From an uncultured Gemmatimonadales bacterium (lineage in GTDB: Bacteria > Gemmatimonadota > Gemmatimonadetes > Gemmatimonadales > Gemmatimonadaceae), in assembly GCA_963707505.1 (NCBI GenBank), contig CAVPQB010000006.1:320001-384000 (forward strand): DNA of 64,000 nucleotides, given 5' to 3'. The notes below the pieces were generated by a model, which did not search any database, was not told where the DNA came from, and worked only from the letters and a program-made list of their open reading frames with translations. Positions 48,694 through 58,526 of this stretch are shown here, piece after piece. How positions within the stretch are numbered: position 1 is the first letter of the stretch; every line of letters begins with the position of its first letter. The position numbers and the translations under genes were made by a program.

Positions 48694-48778
48694 CATCCCA
48701 ATCCGATTGCGCCTAAACGGGCCACGCGCGGATACATCCGCGCCCTACGCAGGCGTACCAATTCGGTGCGTGGATAGC
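48694..48778 (-). repeat. Family B GTAG-type REP with extended conserved flanks
   Basis: Minus strand GTAGGGCGCGGATGTATCCGCGC. About 85 bp is similar to 57410-57493. Confidence 0.8.
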
Positions 48779-48823
48779 GTCGTCGGGAATGACCACCAAT
48801 TCGGTGCATCAAATGGCTCTTCC

Positions 48824-49619
48824 CTACGCCTTCCCTCGGATCACGGATACCGGGGTCACTATCGAGGTGCAGGTTGTGGTTGATCCGCACGCCCGTGATT
48901 CCGTTCAGCGGTATGTCCTTTCCGGTGATGGTGGTGATCGGGACGCCGTTCACGCTGACGTTCGCCGTCTTGCCGCTGACGTCGATCCTGATCCCGTAGA
49001 GTCCCTTGCCAGATGCATCCTGCACCGGGATCGACGGGTGCGCCGTCCAGTCTGTTACGGTGCGGGTGTTAGCGCCGTCACGGACCTTCACCATGTACTT
49101 GCCGTCGCCTCGCACTATGAAATACGTGTACCTGGCGGTCGGCGCGCCGAGGTTGGAGCCACCGACGAAGACGCCGAATGCTTCAGGGTGTGACGGGGCT
49201 TCCAGCTGCTCGAACGTGGCGGACACGGTGTACTTGTTGGCCGCGGTGTCTTTGGACGAATACAGGATGTGCGCCGGCCCGGTCTTCACTTCCCAGCGGC
49301 CGGGTTCCTTTTCCGAGTACGACGCATCGGAGCTCTTCGCGTTCGCGTGGTCGAACTGCGCGACGTATCCGGTCGGCAGACCGACGCCGCTCGCAGTGTG
49401 GTCCGTGTCGGCGGCAGCGGGTTGCGCGGCGGTCGCGGTGATGGTGCCGGCAACCGGGGCGGAACTGGAAGATGATCTATCGCCCTTGTTGCACCCGACG
49501 ATCAAGGCGGCAGCGCCCAGTGCGATCGCCGCGAACATCGATGCGCTCGGTGTGAATTTGCTGGCGAATCGCCGAACAGGCTGCGAGATTCCGCGCGCTA
49601 CGTGATGATGAGATGGCAT
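48824..49619 (-). CDS. Hypothetical lipoprotein (beta-jelly-roll-like); probable frameshift near 48864
   Basis: Lipobox LIVGC, TGPAHI.Y, HPEAFG.F.GG and G.RINHNL. A one-base correction gives IVTPVSVIRGKA then stop at 48824, instead of reading into the REP. Confidence 0.65.
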
Positions 49620-49766
49620 TCGTTGGGATGAATCGGCGTGAATTTCGAATTGTCGCACGGAAAGATATGCACGGATTGCACGAAAAACTCTTGCGCGTTA
49701 TACATTTGTGCGCGATTCTTGCTTGGATTCACGTGAGCTGATTCAACCAACGTTCCGGAGTAGAGC

Positions 49767-50249
49767 ATGGCAACTAAGAAATCGTCCCGTAAGAGCTCGA
49801 GCCGTACTTCCGGTTCACGCACCGGCGCAAAGCGCGGCTCGAAGTCAAAGGCGAAGAAGGGCACGCGCAAGACCGTCGCTCGCAAGGCAACGTCCCGTAA
49901 GGGCGGTGCACGGAAAACCAGTCGTAAAACGACCCGCAAGGCTGCGACCCGCAAGAGCACGAGAAAGGCCGGCGCGCGCAAGACTGGAGGCCGCAAGGCA
50001 ACCAGTAAGCGCGGCGCGAGCAAGACGGCAGCGAAGCGTGGCCCAGCGCGCAAGAAGAGTACGGCGCGCAAGTCGTCCGCTGCCAAAAAGACGCGGAAGA
50101 CGACGCGTAAGAGTACCCGTAAGAGCCCGCGCAAGCAGTCTCCGGTCACGCGTGTGAAGCGCGTTGCGGCTGGTATCGCCGAGCAGGTGACGCACGTTGC
50201 CGAAGGCGCCGCGACTGCGGTAACCGATTTCGTGCAGGACAAGTTCTAG
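49767..50249 (+). CDS. Histone H1-like Lys/Arg-rich protein
   Basis: About 125 residues of RK(T/S/A)xx pentapeptide-like repeats. SD GGAG. Short amphipathic C-terminus. Confidence 0.75.
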   Translation: MATKKSSRKSSSRTSGSRTGAKRGSKSKAKKGTRKTVARKATSRKGGARKTSRKTTRKAATRKSTRKAGARKTGGRKATSKRGASKTAAKRGPARKKSTARKSSAAKKTRKTTRKSTRKSPRKQSPVTRVKRVAAGIAEQVTHVAEGAATAVTDFVQDKF

Positions 50250-50304
50250 ATAGGGCGGGGATGACGAAGGGTAGGTGAATCCGGATAGCCAGCGGTAACC
50301 GCAG

Positions 50305-51105
50305 CTATTCCGGGGGCCCTGGCTGGGGCGAGGTTCCGGGACCAGTCCCCAGCCAGGCGCGCACCTCCTCGAAGACGCGCTCTCGGCCGTAGTCCACGGT
50401 TATCACATGTCCCCCCGCGTGCGTGAGAACGAGCTTCTTCGATTCCGTCCTCAGTTCCGCGAACGCCTGCCGCGCACTCTGCGTCGAGATCCGATTGTCC
50501 GTTTCGGACTGGATCAACAACGTCGGTGCGGTAATCTCCGGCAGCGCGCGACGCGCCTTGTTGACCAGCAGCGCCAGCTCGTGGATCGATTTCCCGGTCA
50601 CCGATCCGTAAGCCAGATTCGCCTCACGCTCAGCGGGATCCAGGATCGATCGTGTAGTTCGCGAGTGGATCGGGCCGACCACGCCACTCCACAATCCGGA
50701 CGTAGCCGAGAGCCAGCGCAGTCGCTTCGGCATTCTGAGATACGGCGCGATCAGTACGAGCGAAGGCAGGTCGCGCAGCTCGGCGGCCAGTATCGCGGCG
50801 ATCGATCCACCCATCGAGAGACCGCCGACGGCGGTCCACCTGTGACGGGCGCGCATGGCGAACAGCTCGGCGCGCGCGCTGTCCAGCCACTCGATATGCG
50901 ACGACGCGTCCATAGCGCTGATGTTGCGGCCATGGCCTGGGAGCAGGGGGACGCGAACGTCGAATCCCCGCTCGTGCAGGTACCGGGCGAGGTATGACAA
51001 CGTTTGAGGTGTGTCGCCGAAACCGTGCAGGAGAAGAACCCCCCGCTCGTTGCCGGCGCGCAGGTCGAGCTGACGTGCGCCTTGAATTATGTCTGCTATC
51101 GGAAT
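50305..51105 (-). CDS. Alpha/beta-fold carboxylesterase; start codon uncertain
   Basis: GLSMGG nucleophile elbow, D and H. The in-frame upstream extension encodes GVLLLHGFGDTP up to a stop at 51124-26. Confidence 0.8.
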   Translation of the reverse strand: MPIADIIQGARQLDLRAGNERGVLLLHGFGDTPQTLSYLARYLHERGFDVRVPLLPGHGRNISAMDASSHIEWLDSARAELFAMRARHRWTAVGGLSMGGSIAAILAAELRDLPSLVLIAPYLRMPKRLRWLSATSGLWSGVVGPIHSRTTRSILDPAEREANLAYGSVTGKSIHELALLVNKARRALPEITAPTLLIQSETDNRISTQSARQAFAELRTESKKLVLTHAGGHVITVDYGRERVFEEVRAWLGTGPGTSPQPGPPE

Positions 51106-51138
51106 CGACGGGAATGCGAGCTGCTACTGCTCGGTGCT

Positions 51139-51864
51139 CTACGCTCGGGCCGATTCCCTGGTCATTGGCAGGGGGGTCTGCTCGTCGTACCGCGAAGCGT
51201 GATGGCGGGATGCCAACTGCCGCGTATCAATAACAAAGCACGAGCCAGCACGCGACGCTACCCCACCGTTCACCATGCGGCTCAGCGCCAGCGCGATCGA
51301 TTCGCGGGTGGCGCCCACCATCTCGCAGAGCAGCCGGTGATGCGATGGGTCCAGCTTGAGGGTCGCATCATCCACCATGAAGCCGGTATCCTCGCTCAGC
51401 CGCATTAGAACGGAGACGAGCCGGTCCTCGACGTTGAGCGATGCCAGCTCCTGCAATCTCTCGAGGAGCGTGCTGCGCTCGGCGAGGATCTGGCCGATCA
51501 ACGATATCGCGTGGGCTGGCTGCTCTCTCAGGAATGCGCGGAACTGCTCGCCGCCCAGGTGCAGTGTCTCGACTCCATCAGCGGCCTTGGCATCGGTCAC
51601 GTAGCAACCGCGCGGAGCGAGACCTTCGGCCCCGAAGGTCTCGCCCGGCATTGCTATCCCGCTTACGAAGCCGCGTCCGCCCTTCATGGGGCTTCGCAGC
51701 ACAACGTGGCCGTGCAACACGATGAAGATTCCGTCAGCGGCTGTACCACTCCGGTACACCTCGAATCCGCTGGGCCAGTGTGCTTTTGCGCCGAACTGGG
51801 ACGCCGCGATTCGCTCGCTGAGCGACAGTCGTGGCGTCCGGCGCACCAATGCTACATCATCCAT
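51139..51864 (-). CDS. Crp/Fnr family transcriptional regulator
   Basis: cNMP-like domain PGETFG.E, VE.RL...L..L, and HTH L.EMVGATRESI...L. Confidence 0.88.
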   Translation of the reverse strand: MDDVALVRRTPRLSLSERIAASQFGAKAHWPSGFEVYRSGTAADGIFIVLHGHVVLRSPMKGGRGFVSGIAMPGETFGAEGLAPRGCYVTDAKAADGVETLHLGGEQFRAFLREQPAHAISLIGQILAERSTLLERLQELASLNVEDRLVSVLMRLSEDTGFMVDDATLKLDPSHHRLLCEMVGATRESIALALSRMVNGGVASRAGSCFVIDTRQLASRHHASRYDEQTPLPMTRESARA

Positions 51865-51868
51865 GCCC

Positions 51869-54016
51869 TCACTGTGTTCGCAAGCTTCGCGCCGCCGAGT
51901 CGAGCAGTCCTGCTGCCTTGATGAAACGCTGCGACAGGTCTGCTATCTCGCGTACAGACAATGCTTCATCTCCAGCCTTCACAGCCTCGTTGATGCTCGG
52001 CAATCCGATGTTCGCATAACCGTTGTCGTTGTCGGCTGCGTAGATCACGTTGCGGAACCATTCACGCTTGCTGACGGGCAGTCCACCTGCGCGAACGAAT
52101 GCGCGCTCGACCTGCATGAGCAGCTCATTTGCCTGCTTTCTCGATGCCGCCGATACGCCCCTTGCGAGCGCTGCATCACGCGTCTCGTTGAACTTGCTCG
52201 CAGCCGTCTCCATCACCGTGATCGATGAATCGAGCGCGCTGAGCGAGACGTTGGTCCAGTGCTTCTCCGCAATGTTCCTGGCTGCGGTGGCGGTAAGACC
52301 GCGCATTGCACGTGCGTATTCCACGTAGTCGTATGGGATGATGTCGGCGTCGGCGAGACGAGTGATGGCGACAGCGCCCATCACGCCCATGGTCGCGTGA
52401 TACTTGTAGCCGGGATCACCGAACTTGCTCATCCAGTGGTACGAATCGAACGCCGAGTGATACACGCCCATCGGTCCGCCGAATCCCCAGTCGGCGATGG
52501 GGATGCCGAGGTGATTGTAGAAGCCGGCAAAGTCGGAGCCGCCGCCTGGATCGCCGATCACCGGCTGCGCAGTGTCGGATTTTATCCGATCGGAGATACG
52601 CCACGCATCGTATACCGACCCCTTTCCGCTCGGGCTTGCGACGACTTTCGTGATATCGCGGAAGAACGGACGCAGCGACGGCGATCCACTCGCGCCGAGG
52701 TCGGGGCCGGTCGCGACTTCATCGAAGTTGATGTATGCAGTTCCATTCTTGAAGAGACGCGCGGAATCCTGCTCGACAAATTCCGTGGATCCCATCAATC
52801 CCCATTCCTCAGCGTCCCACGACGCGAAGACGATTGTACGTTTCGGACGATAGCCCTGCTTCATGAGATCGCCGATGGTGCGCGCGGTCTCGAGAATGCT
52901 GACGGTGCCGCTGATGTTGTCAGCGGTCCCGGGTCCCCACGCGTCGCGATGGCCGCCGATGATCACGAGCTCATCGGGATATTCCGAGCCCCGGATGGTG
53001 CCGAGCACGTCCCAGATGTCCTTGTAGGGATGCGTCTGGGCGTCGGTGGTGACGACGACGCGCGCGCGAACGGGTCCCGGTCCAACGTGATACCGGAACG
53101 GCAGGCCGCCTTGCCAGCCGGGCGGAAGCTCACCACCACCGCGCACGTCGCGCAGCAATTCCGCTGCGTTCTTGTACGATGCGGGGATCACTGGAATTCG
53201 CGGCAGATTTGTCTGATCCAGCGGGATACGTTTCGCGCCTGGAACGCTAGCGTAATCGGGCGTGGTCGGATCGCCGTTGTCGTTGAAGACACTGCCGCGC
53301 TGCACGCCGGTCCACGGCCTCATCGGCCCTTCGGGATAGATGTCGCCGCGCGTGAATCCGTCATCCGCAGGATCGCTGTAGATGATCAGCGCGGCCGCTC
53401 CGTGCTTCTCGGCTTCGCGCGCCTTGATTCCGCGATAGGATCTTCCGTAGCGCGCGACGACGATCTTGCCCTTTACAGAAACACCGAGTGAATCGAGCGT
53501 CGCGTAATCCTCGATCAGTCCGTAGTTGACGTAGACCACCTCACCCGTCGCGTCGCCAGCTGCGCCATATCCGTTGAACGTAAGGATCTGCGGATAGCTG
53601 AACGACGTCGTGTCCTCGGCAATTGGCCCTTCGGAGAGCGACAGCTCTGCGGCGTCGGGCGACACTCTGTACAGGTGCACGCTCGTCGGATGCGGCATGT
53701 AGATACTGTACGTGCGCACCTCCGGATCGATTCCATATTTCTTGAGCTCGCGGGCAAAGATGTCACGCGTTCTGGCCTGGGCTGGTGTGCCGGCCATGTG
53801 CGGTTCCTTTGACAGTTCGCGTGACAGCGAATCCGCATTTGCAGGCGAGGCGAGCGTCGCGGCTTTCGCTTCGAGCTCGCGTTGATGCTGCGCGTTCGCT
53901 GAAGTGAAGCCGGCGATAGAGGTCTGCGTGCCTTGCGTGCCTTGCGCCGACGCGAAGGATGCAGACGCGCCTGCGAGTGACACTGCTATCGCAGCGGTGA
54001 GCCTTGAAATTGTCAT
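51869..54016 (-). CDS. M28 peptidase with PA and transferrin-receptor-like dimerisation domains
   Basis: PH.AGT, YVNYG..EDY, GGHRDAW..G..DN.SG, WDAEEWGL.GSTE, GGGSD and YHS. Confidence 0.92.
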   Translation of the reverse strand: MTISRLTAAIAVSLAGASASFASAQGTQGTQTSIAGFTSANAQHQRELEAKAATLASPANADSLSRELSKEPHMAGTPAQARTRDIFARELKKYGIDPEVRTYSIYMPHPTSVHLYRVSPDAAELSLSEGPIAEDTTSFSYPQILTFNGYGAAGDATGEVVYVNYGLIEDYATLDSLGVSVKGKIVVARYGRSYRGIKAREAEKHGAAALIIYSDPADDGFTRGDIYPEGPMRPWTGVQRGSVFNDNGDPTTPDYASVPGAKRIPLDQTNLPRIPVIPASYKNAAELLRDVRGGGELPPGWQGGLPFRYHVGPGPVRARVVVTTDAQTHPYKDIWDVLGTIRGSEYPDELVIIGGHRDAWGPGTADNISGTVSILETARTIGDLMKQGYRPKRTIVFASWDAEEWGLMGSTEFVEQDSARLFKNGTAYINFDEVATGPDLGASGSPSLRPFFRDITKVVASPSGKGSVYDAWRISDRIKSDTAQPVIGDPGGGSDFAGFYNHLGIPIADWGFGGPMGVYHSAFDSYHWMSKFGDPGYKYHATMGVMGAVAITRLADADIIPYDYVEYARAMRGLTATAARNIAEKHWTNVSLSALDSSITVMETAASKFNETRDAALARGVSAASRKQANELLMQVERAFVRAGGLPVSKREWFRNVIYAADNDNGYANIGLPSINEAVKAGDEALSVREIADLSQRFIKAAGLLDSAARSLRTQ

Positions 54017-54630
54017 TACTGTTCGTCCAGTTCTTCGAGTGCGTGTTGGATGGCGGCGCGAAGTTCCACTTCGGGATCATCCGAGCCGGATAGAGCGGCG
54101 GTGAGCTTGGTGAATTTCGTCACCATCTCCGATTCCACGAATCGCTCCGGGTTGCGAACGCCGAGCATGAAGAGCGATGATACGGCGAGCTCTCTGAGCA
54201 GCTTGAGCGTTTCGGGGGAAAGTGCTGCCAGCGAATCCGGGATCGGAAGCGATACCGCGGGCTCGCGCCGGCGATTGGGAGCTTCGAACATCGCCGTCAT
54301 CGGTGCCAGCGTTACTACGAAGGAGCCTTCAGTGTGCTCCTCCCACTTCGTAATGATGTTGCGCCGTCGCAATGATGGGAACAGCGCGAGGATGGTCTGT
54401 CGTACAACCGCGATTCCGCCCTCGCTTCCATTGCCGCGGCCAGTGATGATGAGCAGCTCGCCGGCGCGCTCGACCTGCCTGGCGCGAATCCAGCTATCCG
54501 CGCGCGCGCGCGCCTCTTGGGCGGTCGGAAGCGACTCCCGGAGGTTGAGCGTTCTCAAGGGTCCGAACCGGATCTCGTCGAACGCCTTCTGAATGTGGCT
54601 CGGATAACCGCGTGGCATTTCTTCAGGCAA
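54016..54630 (-). CDS. Stand-alone Smr-domain protein
   Basis: TLNLR...T..EA......W, IITGRG..S.GG..V.R and GSF.V.L. Confidence 0.7.
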   Translation of the reverse strand: MPEEMPRGYPSHIQKAFDEIRFGPLRTLNLRESLPTAQEARARADSWIRARQVERAGELLIITGRGNGSEGGIAVVRQTILALFPSLRRRNIITKWEEHTEGSFVVTLAPMTAMFEAPNRRREPAVSLPIPDSLAALSPETLKLLRELAVSSLFMLGVRNPERFVESEMVTKFTKLTAALSGSDDPEVELRAAIQHALEELDEQ

Positions 54631-54681
54631 CTTGTCGCAGGTTCGCGTTGCGATGGAAGATATAACGCGTCTCGCGCGCCA

Positions 54682-56283
54682 TCACCTGAGCGCCGCCGCG
54701 ATGAGGCGGCCATCCACAGTCTGAGTTGGTCTGACGCCTACCACGCGAGCCAGCGTCGGAGCCATGTCCACGACTCTCACCCTCTCGGCGTACTTGCCCG
54801 GCCTGAATGCGGAGCCGTAGAAGATCATCGGGACGTGCGCATCGTAATCGTACGGTGAGCCGTGCTCCGCGCTTCCGCCGGGTTTACCCCAATAACTGTA
54901 CGGCGTGAGTGTCACGACGAGTGCGTATGTCGAGTCGCTGTCGAACATGTGCAGCCATCGGCGAGCGATGTCGTCGTGAACGGTGTCCGCGTGCGCGAGA
55001 TCACGAATGCGATCCGCGCGTCGCACACCCGGCACCGCAAGGATCGTATCGCGAAACGCAAGCACGAGCGAGTCGGCGTTCACATGCGCCGCGGCCAGAG
55101 CAGCGCGGTCGATCGCTACGACACCGCTGCTGAATGAGAATGCATTCTTCTGTGCGCCCGATGCCTGCAATTGAGATCGTACTCGCGCGACGTAGGGTCC
55201 GACGTCGACGTACGTCGCTCCGGCATTCGGGTCATGCGCATGTACGGTGGGATACGGCGCCACCGCATGATCGGCAGTGAGCGCGAAGACGATATTGCGA
55301 CTGCCATGTATGGCGTAGAGTGAATCCATGAACGCGCCGAGTGCGCGATCGAGCCGGATTATCTGATCGTGCTGTTCTCTCGAATCGGGGCCGTACGCAT
55401 GTCCGATGTAATCAGTCGCGGATAGCGAAATTGCAAGCAGATCGGTGTGCGGACCCGCACCAAGCTTCATTGCGCGCACGCCGGCGAGCGCGACTTCCAG
55501 GGTCAGTTGATCCATCCACGGATATGTGGATAGAGTTTCGAGCGCGAGCGCCGTATCGGACGGCATCACATGCGGAAAGGTGAAATCCTTTCCACCCTGC
55601 TCGGCGCTTACGCTATCCGGTTCGGGGTAGTTGCTGATCGGAAGCAGCGGATTCCATGTCTTGCCGGTGAAGCTCGCAGGCCGGCGCTTCGCGTTGTACT
55701 CGTCGAGCCACGCTGGCAGCGCGGTCGCGTAGTACGTACTGGTGGTGAACGTTCCATTGTTCGCGTACCAGAACACTGGCGATTTCGATTTGCCGATAGG
55801 CAGGATTGCGCCGCGATCCTTGCGCGATATCGAAAGCGAGCGCGATGCCGGATCGGCGGCGCGCATCCAGTCCGTCAACGTCGTGCCACGAAACCGTACG
55901 GGCGATGCACCGGCGCCTGGTGCGTTGACCAGCGTCACTGTCGTGTCGTTGACACCGGCCGAATTCATGACGATTCCGTTATGAACCGGGAAGCGTCCCG
56001 ACATGGTCTCCGAGTGGCCAGGTGCGGTCTCCGTTATCGCGTGATCCTGAAACGCGTTCGTGAACACCGCGCCGCCGCGATAGAGCCTGCCGAGTCCGCC
56101 GGAGAGCTGCGGCAGGAAGCGTGTGAGGTAGTCCGGCCGCATCTGATCGACGGTTATGAAGACGATGAGGTCCGGTCTGGACGTTGCGCTGGACCGCCTG
56201 TTCTCCACGTTCTGCGCACCCAGAGCCGACACCGCAATCGACGCTGCCGCGAGAGCGGTGATCACAACAGAATGCGTGCGCAT
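54682..56283 (-). CDS. Alkaline phosphatase family protein (PafA-like)
   Basis: VDQMR.DY, TETAPGH, S.KDRGAIL, DY.GH.YGP.S, TADH and HGSPY.YD.HVP. Confidence 0.92.
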   Translation of the reverse strand: MRTHSVVITALAAASIAVSALGAQNVENRRSSATSRPDLIVFITVDQMRPDYLTRFLPQLSGGLGRLYRGGAVFTNAFQDHAITETAPGHSETMSGRFPVHNGIVMNSAGVNDTTVTLVNAPGAGASPVRFRGTTLTDWMRAADPASRSLSISRKDRGAILPIGKSKSPVFWYANNGTFTTSTYYATALPAWLDEYNAKRRPASFTGKTWNPLLPISNYPEPDSVSAEQGGKDFTFPHVMPSDTALALETLSTYPWMDQLTLEVALAGVRAMKLGAGPHTDLLAISLSATDYIGHAYGPDSREQHDQIIRLDRALGAFMDSLYAIHGSRNIVFALTADHAVAPYPTVHAHDPNAGATYVDVGPYVARVRSQLQASGAQKNAFSFSSGVVAIDRAALAAAHVNADSLVLAFRDTILAVPGVRRADRIRDLAHADTVHDDIARRWLHMFDSDSTYALVVTLTPYSYWGKPGGSAEHGSPYDYDAHVPMIFYGSAFRPGKYAERVRVVDMAPTLARVVGVRPTQTVDGRLIAAALR

Positions 56284-56368
56284 CCGTAAAAGATACGAAA
56301 GGACACAGATTCCGGCACTCGATGGGGACTTACGCTCGGTAGTTCTGTCACTTAATTAGACAACTCAG

Positions 56369-57304
56369 ATGCCGCGTTTCCCAATCGCCGGGCCATTTCC
56401 GGAAAGCGCCAGACCCGATGGCCTCCGCCACGCCCCTCACACCGTCCTGGTACTTGGTGGCGGTGCGATGCGCGGAATGGCACACATCGGAGTCATTCGT
56501 GCGCTGATCGAGGCGCGAATTCAGATCGACGCGATTGTCGGAACCAGCATCGGCGCGCTGATTGGGGCGCGCTGGGCAATGGGCGCTTCGATCGACGAAC
56601 TGGAAGCCGATGCGCTTGGCGTGACGGAGCAGGCGGTGCTCAAGCGCAACATCAAGGCGTACATGATCGCCGGTCTGGCGCAGACATCGATCTATGACGG
56701 TGAACACTATCGCGATCTGATTCAGCGAATAATCGCGCCCGCGACATTCGCGTCACTGGTACGTCCCATCCGCGTCAATGCAATGTCGTTGCGCAACGGC
56801 GACGAGCGCTGGTTCGGACATGGCGCCGAGTCGACGCTGAGTCTCGTCGATGCGGTGTACGCGTCTGGAGCACTGCCGCTGGTCTTTCCGCCGCTCTCGC
56901 TCGCTGATGGCGACCTGCTCGTGGACGGTGGGTTGAAGACGATGGTCGGACTGCTCGAAGCAATCCGGTGGGGTGCGAGGAGAGTCATTGCGATCGACGT
57001 GAGTGAGATAATCGACGCAGAAGACGCCAGCTGGGAGCGACAGGGAATGGTTGGAATTCACAGTCGCGTAGTTCAGATCCTCGCCGAGCCACAGCGAGCT
57101 GCGATTCAGGCCCAGCGCGAGCACGTGCCGACGCTTCATGTTCGGCCTCCGGTATATCACTGGCCATCGTTCACGTTTGGCGCTACGCGGGAGCTGATCG
57201 AGGCTGGGTATGAGGCGGTGAACGAGGCGCTGGAATCGGCGTCGTCGGCGCGGTTTCATGCAGCGGCGCCGGTGGGTCCGACCATCGTTCGGCGAAGGGC
57301 GTAA
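56369..57304 (+). CDS. Patatin-like phospholipase
   Basis: GGGAMRG, GTSIG and DGG. Confidence 0.92.
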   Translation: MPRFPIAGPFPESARPDGLRHAPHTVLVLGGGAMRGMAHIGVIRALIEARIQIDAIVGTSIGALIGARWAMGASIDELEADALGVTEQAVLKRNIKAYMIAGLAQTSIYDGEHYRDLIQRIIAPATFASLVRPIRVNAMSLRNGDERWFGHGAESTLSLVDAVYASGALPLVFPPLSLADGDLLVDGGLKTMVGLLEAIRWGARRVIAIDVSEIIDAEDASWERQGMVGIHSRVVQILAEPQRAAIQAQREHVPTLHVRPPVYHWPSFTFGATRELIEAGYEAVNEALESASSARFHAAAPVGPTIVRRRA

Positions 57305-57339
57305 CGGGGTATTCGAACGATCGTTCGACGAGGCTGTCG

Positions 57340-57493
57340 ATGCGGACGATTCCGCGAACATCGAATTCCGATTGTGCCTGAATGGGTCAGGCGCGGATAA
57401 ATCTGCGAACATCCAAATCCGATTGCATGTGACGGGGCCACGCGCGGATAAATCCGCGCCCTACGCTTGACCATCAATTCGGCGCGTGGATAG
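57340..57493 (-). repeat. Family B REP with a tandem 51-bp duplication
   Basis: Units at 57351-57401 and 57402-57452, ending GCGCGGATAAATCCGCGCCCTAC. Confidence 0.8.
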
Positions 57494-57713
57494 TGGGGTC
57501 ACGGTAACACCGCGGGCTTCCGCGGCCTGAATCAACGCGTCACTCACCATGGACCACGCGGTTGGTTGACGCGACGGCTGAAGGGTCGAGGGGGTCATCC
57601 GAGGCAAAGTGTAGCGTTCACCCGACCGTTTGGTGTTGCGCCCGGGTCCATCCAGCACGAGCTTTTCCTGTAACCAGCGACACACAATCAAACCTGCATC
57701 AACCCTTCCTTCC

Positions 57714-58484
57714 GTGGCCATCCCTCAGCTGCATCCGACGACGGTCCGCAACGAATCATTCGGCGGAGTCACGTACCATCTCGAAGGCGAGCTCGTTCCG
57801 GTGCTCCATGTAGAAATCACGTCGATGCCCGTGTACTTCGAGCATCACGTACTGCTATGGAAGCATCCGACGGTTTCCGTCGGCGTGAAGTCGCTCGCCG
57901 GTGCGTTCAAGCGGCTCATATCCGGCATGCCGATCTTCATGACGGAGGCGAAGGGGATGGGGCACATCGCTTTCAGTCGCGATGGTGCGGGGCAGATAAT
58001 TCCGCTGCATCTCACGCGCGGGCAGGCGATCGACGTGCGTGAGCATCAGTTCCTCGCCGCTACCGACTCGGTCGATTTCACCTTCCAGCGTGTGAATGGA
58101 ATCGGCAACATTCTGTTCGGGCAGTCGGGACTGTTCATCGACACGTTCGGCGCACGAAACGGCGACGGGATCGTATGGCTGCACGGCTATGGCAACGTGT
58201 TCGAGGTGACGCTGCAAGCGGGCGAGCAGATCGACGTCGAGCCGGGTGGCTGGATCTACAAGGATCCGTCCGTGCGCATGGAGCTCGAAACGCAGAGTAT
58301 AGCGACAGGATTCTTCGCGAGCGGGGGACAGATATTCTTCAATCGATTTACAGGACCCGGGCGCGTTGGTATCCAGTCGATGTATTACCATCCACCTGTT
58401 GCGACGTCAGAAAGTAATACGCAGGCGGCGGTTGGTGGTGGGATACTCGGCGCGGTGATGCGCGGGGTGATGGATAATCGTTGA
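57714..58484 (+). CDS. AIM24 family protein
   Basis: Y.LEGELVPVL, G.IAFS...G.I.P, EHQFL, LHGYGNVF...L..GE.I.V.PG and F.GPGRV.IQS. Confidence 0.88.
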   Translation: MAIPQLHPTTVRNESFGGVTYHLEGELVPVLHVEITSMPVYFEHHVLLWKHPTVSVGVKSLAGAFKRLISGMPIFMTEAKGMGHIAFSRDGAGQIIPLHLTRGQAIDVREHQFLAATDSVDFTFQRVNGIGNILFGQSGLFIDTFGARNGDGIVWLHGYGNVFEVTLQAGEQIDVEPGGWIYKDPSVRMELETQSIATGFFASGGQIFFNRFTGPGRVGIQSMYYHPPVATSESNTQAAVGGGILGAVMRGVMDNR

Positions 58485-58526
58485 TAGGCGCGCACTGACA
58501 GGAACAAGCGCTCATGACGAGTCCGA

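Noticed and set aside
52259..53491. Long antisense ORFs (also 16871-18091, 33954-35105 and 58857-60206)
   Set aside because: They are shadows of well-supported opposite-strand genes in GC-rich DNA and have no recognisable motifs.
57340..57464. Regularly spaced hairpins as a possible CRISPR array
   Set aside because: The intervening sequences are homologous to each other, there are only 2-3 units, and no cas genes are present. This is a REP tandem.
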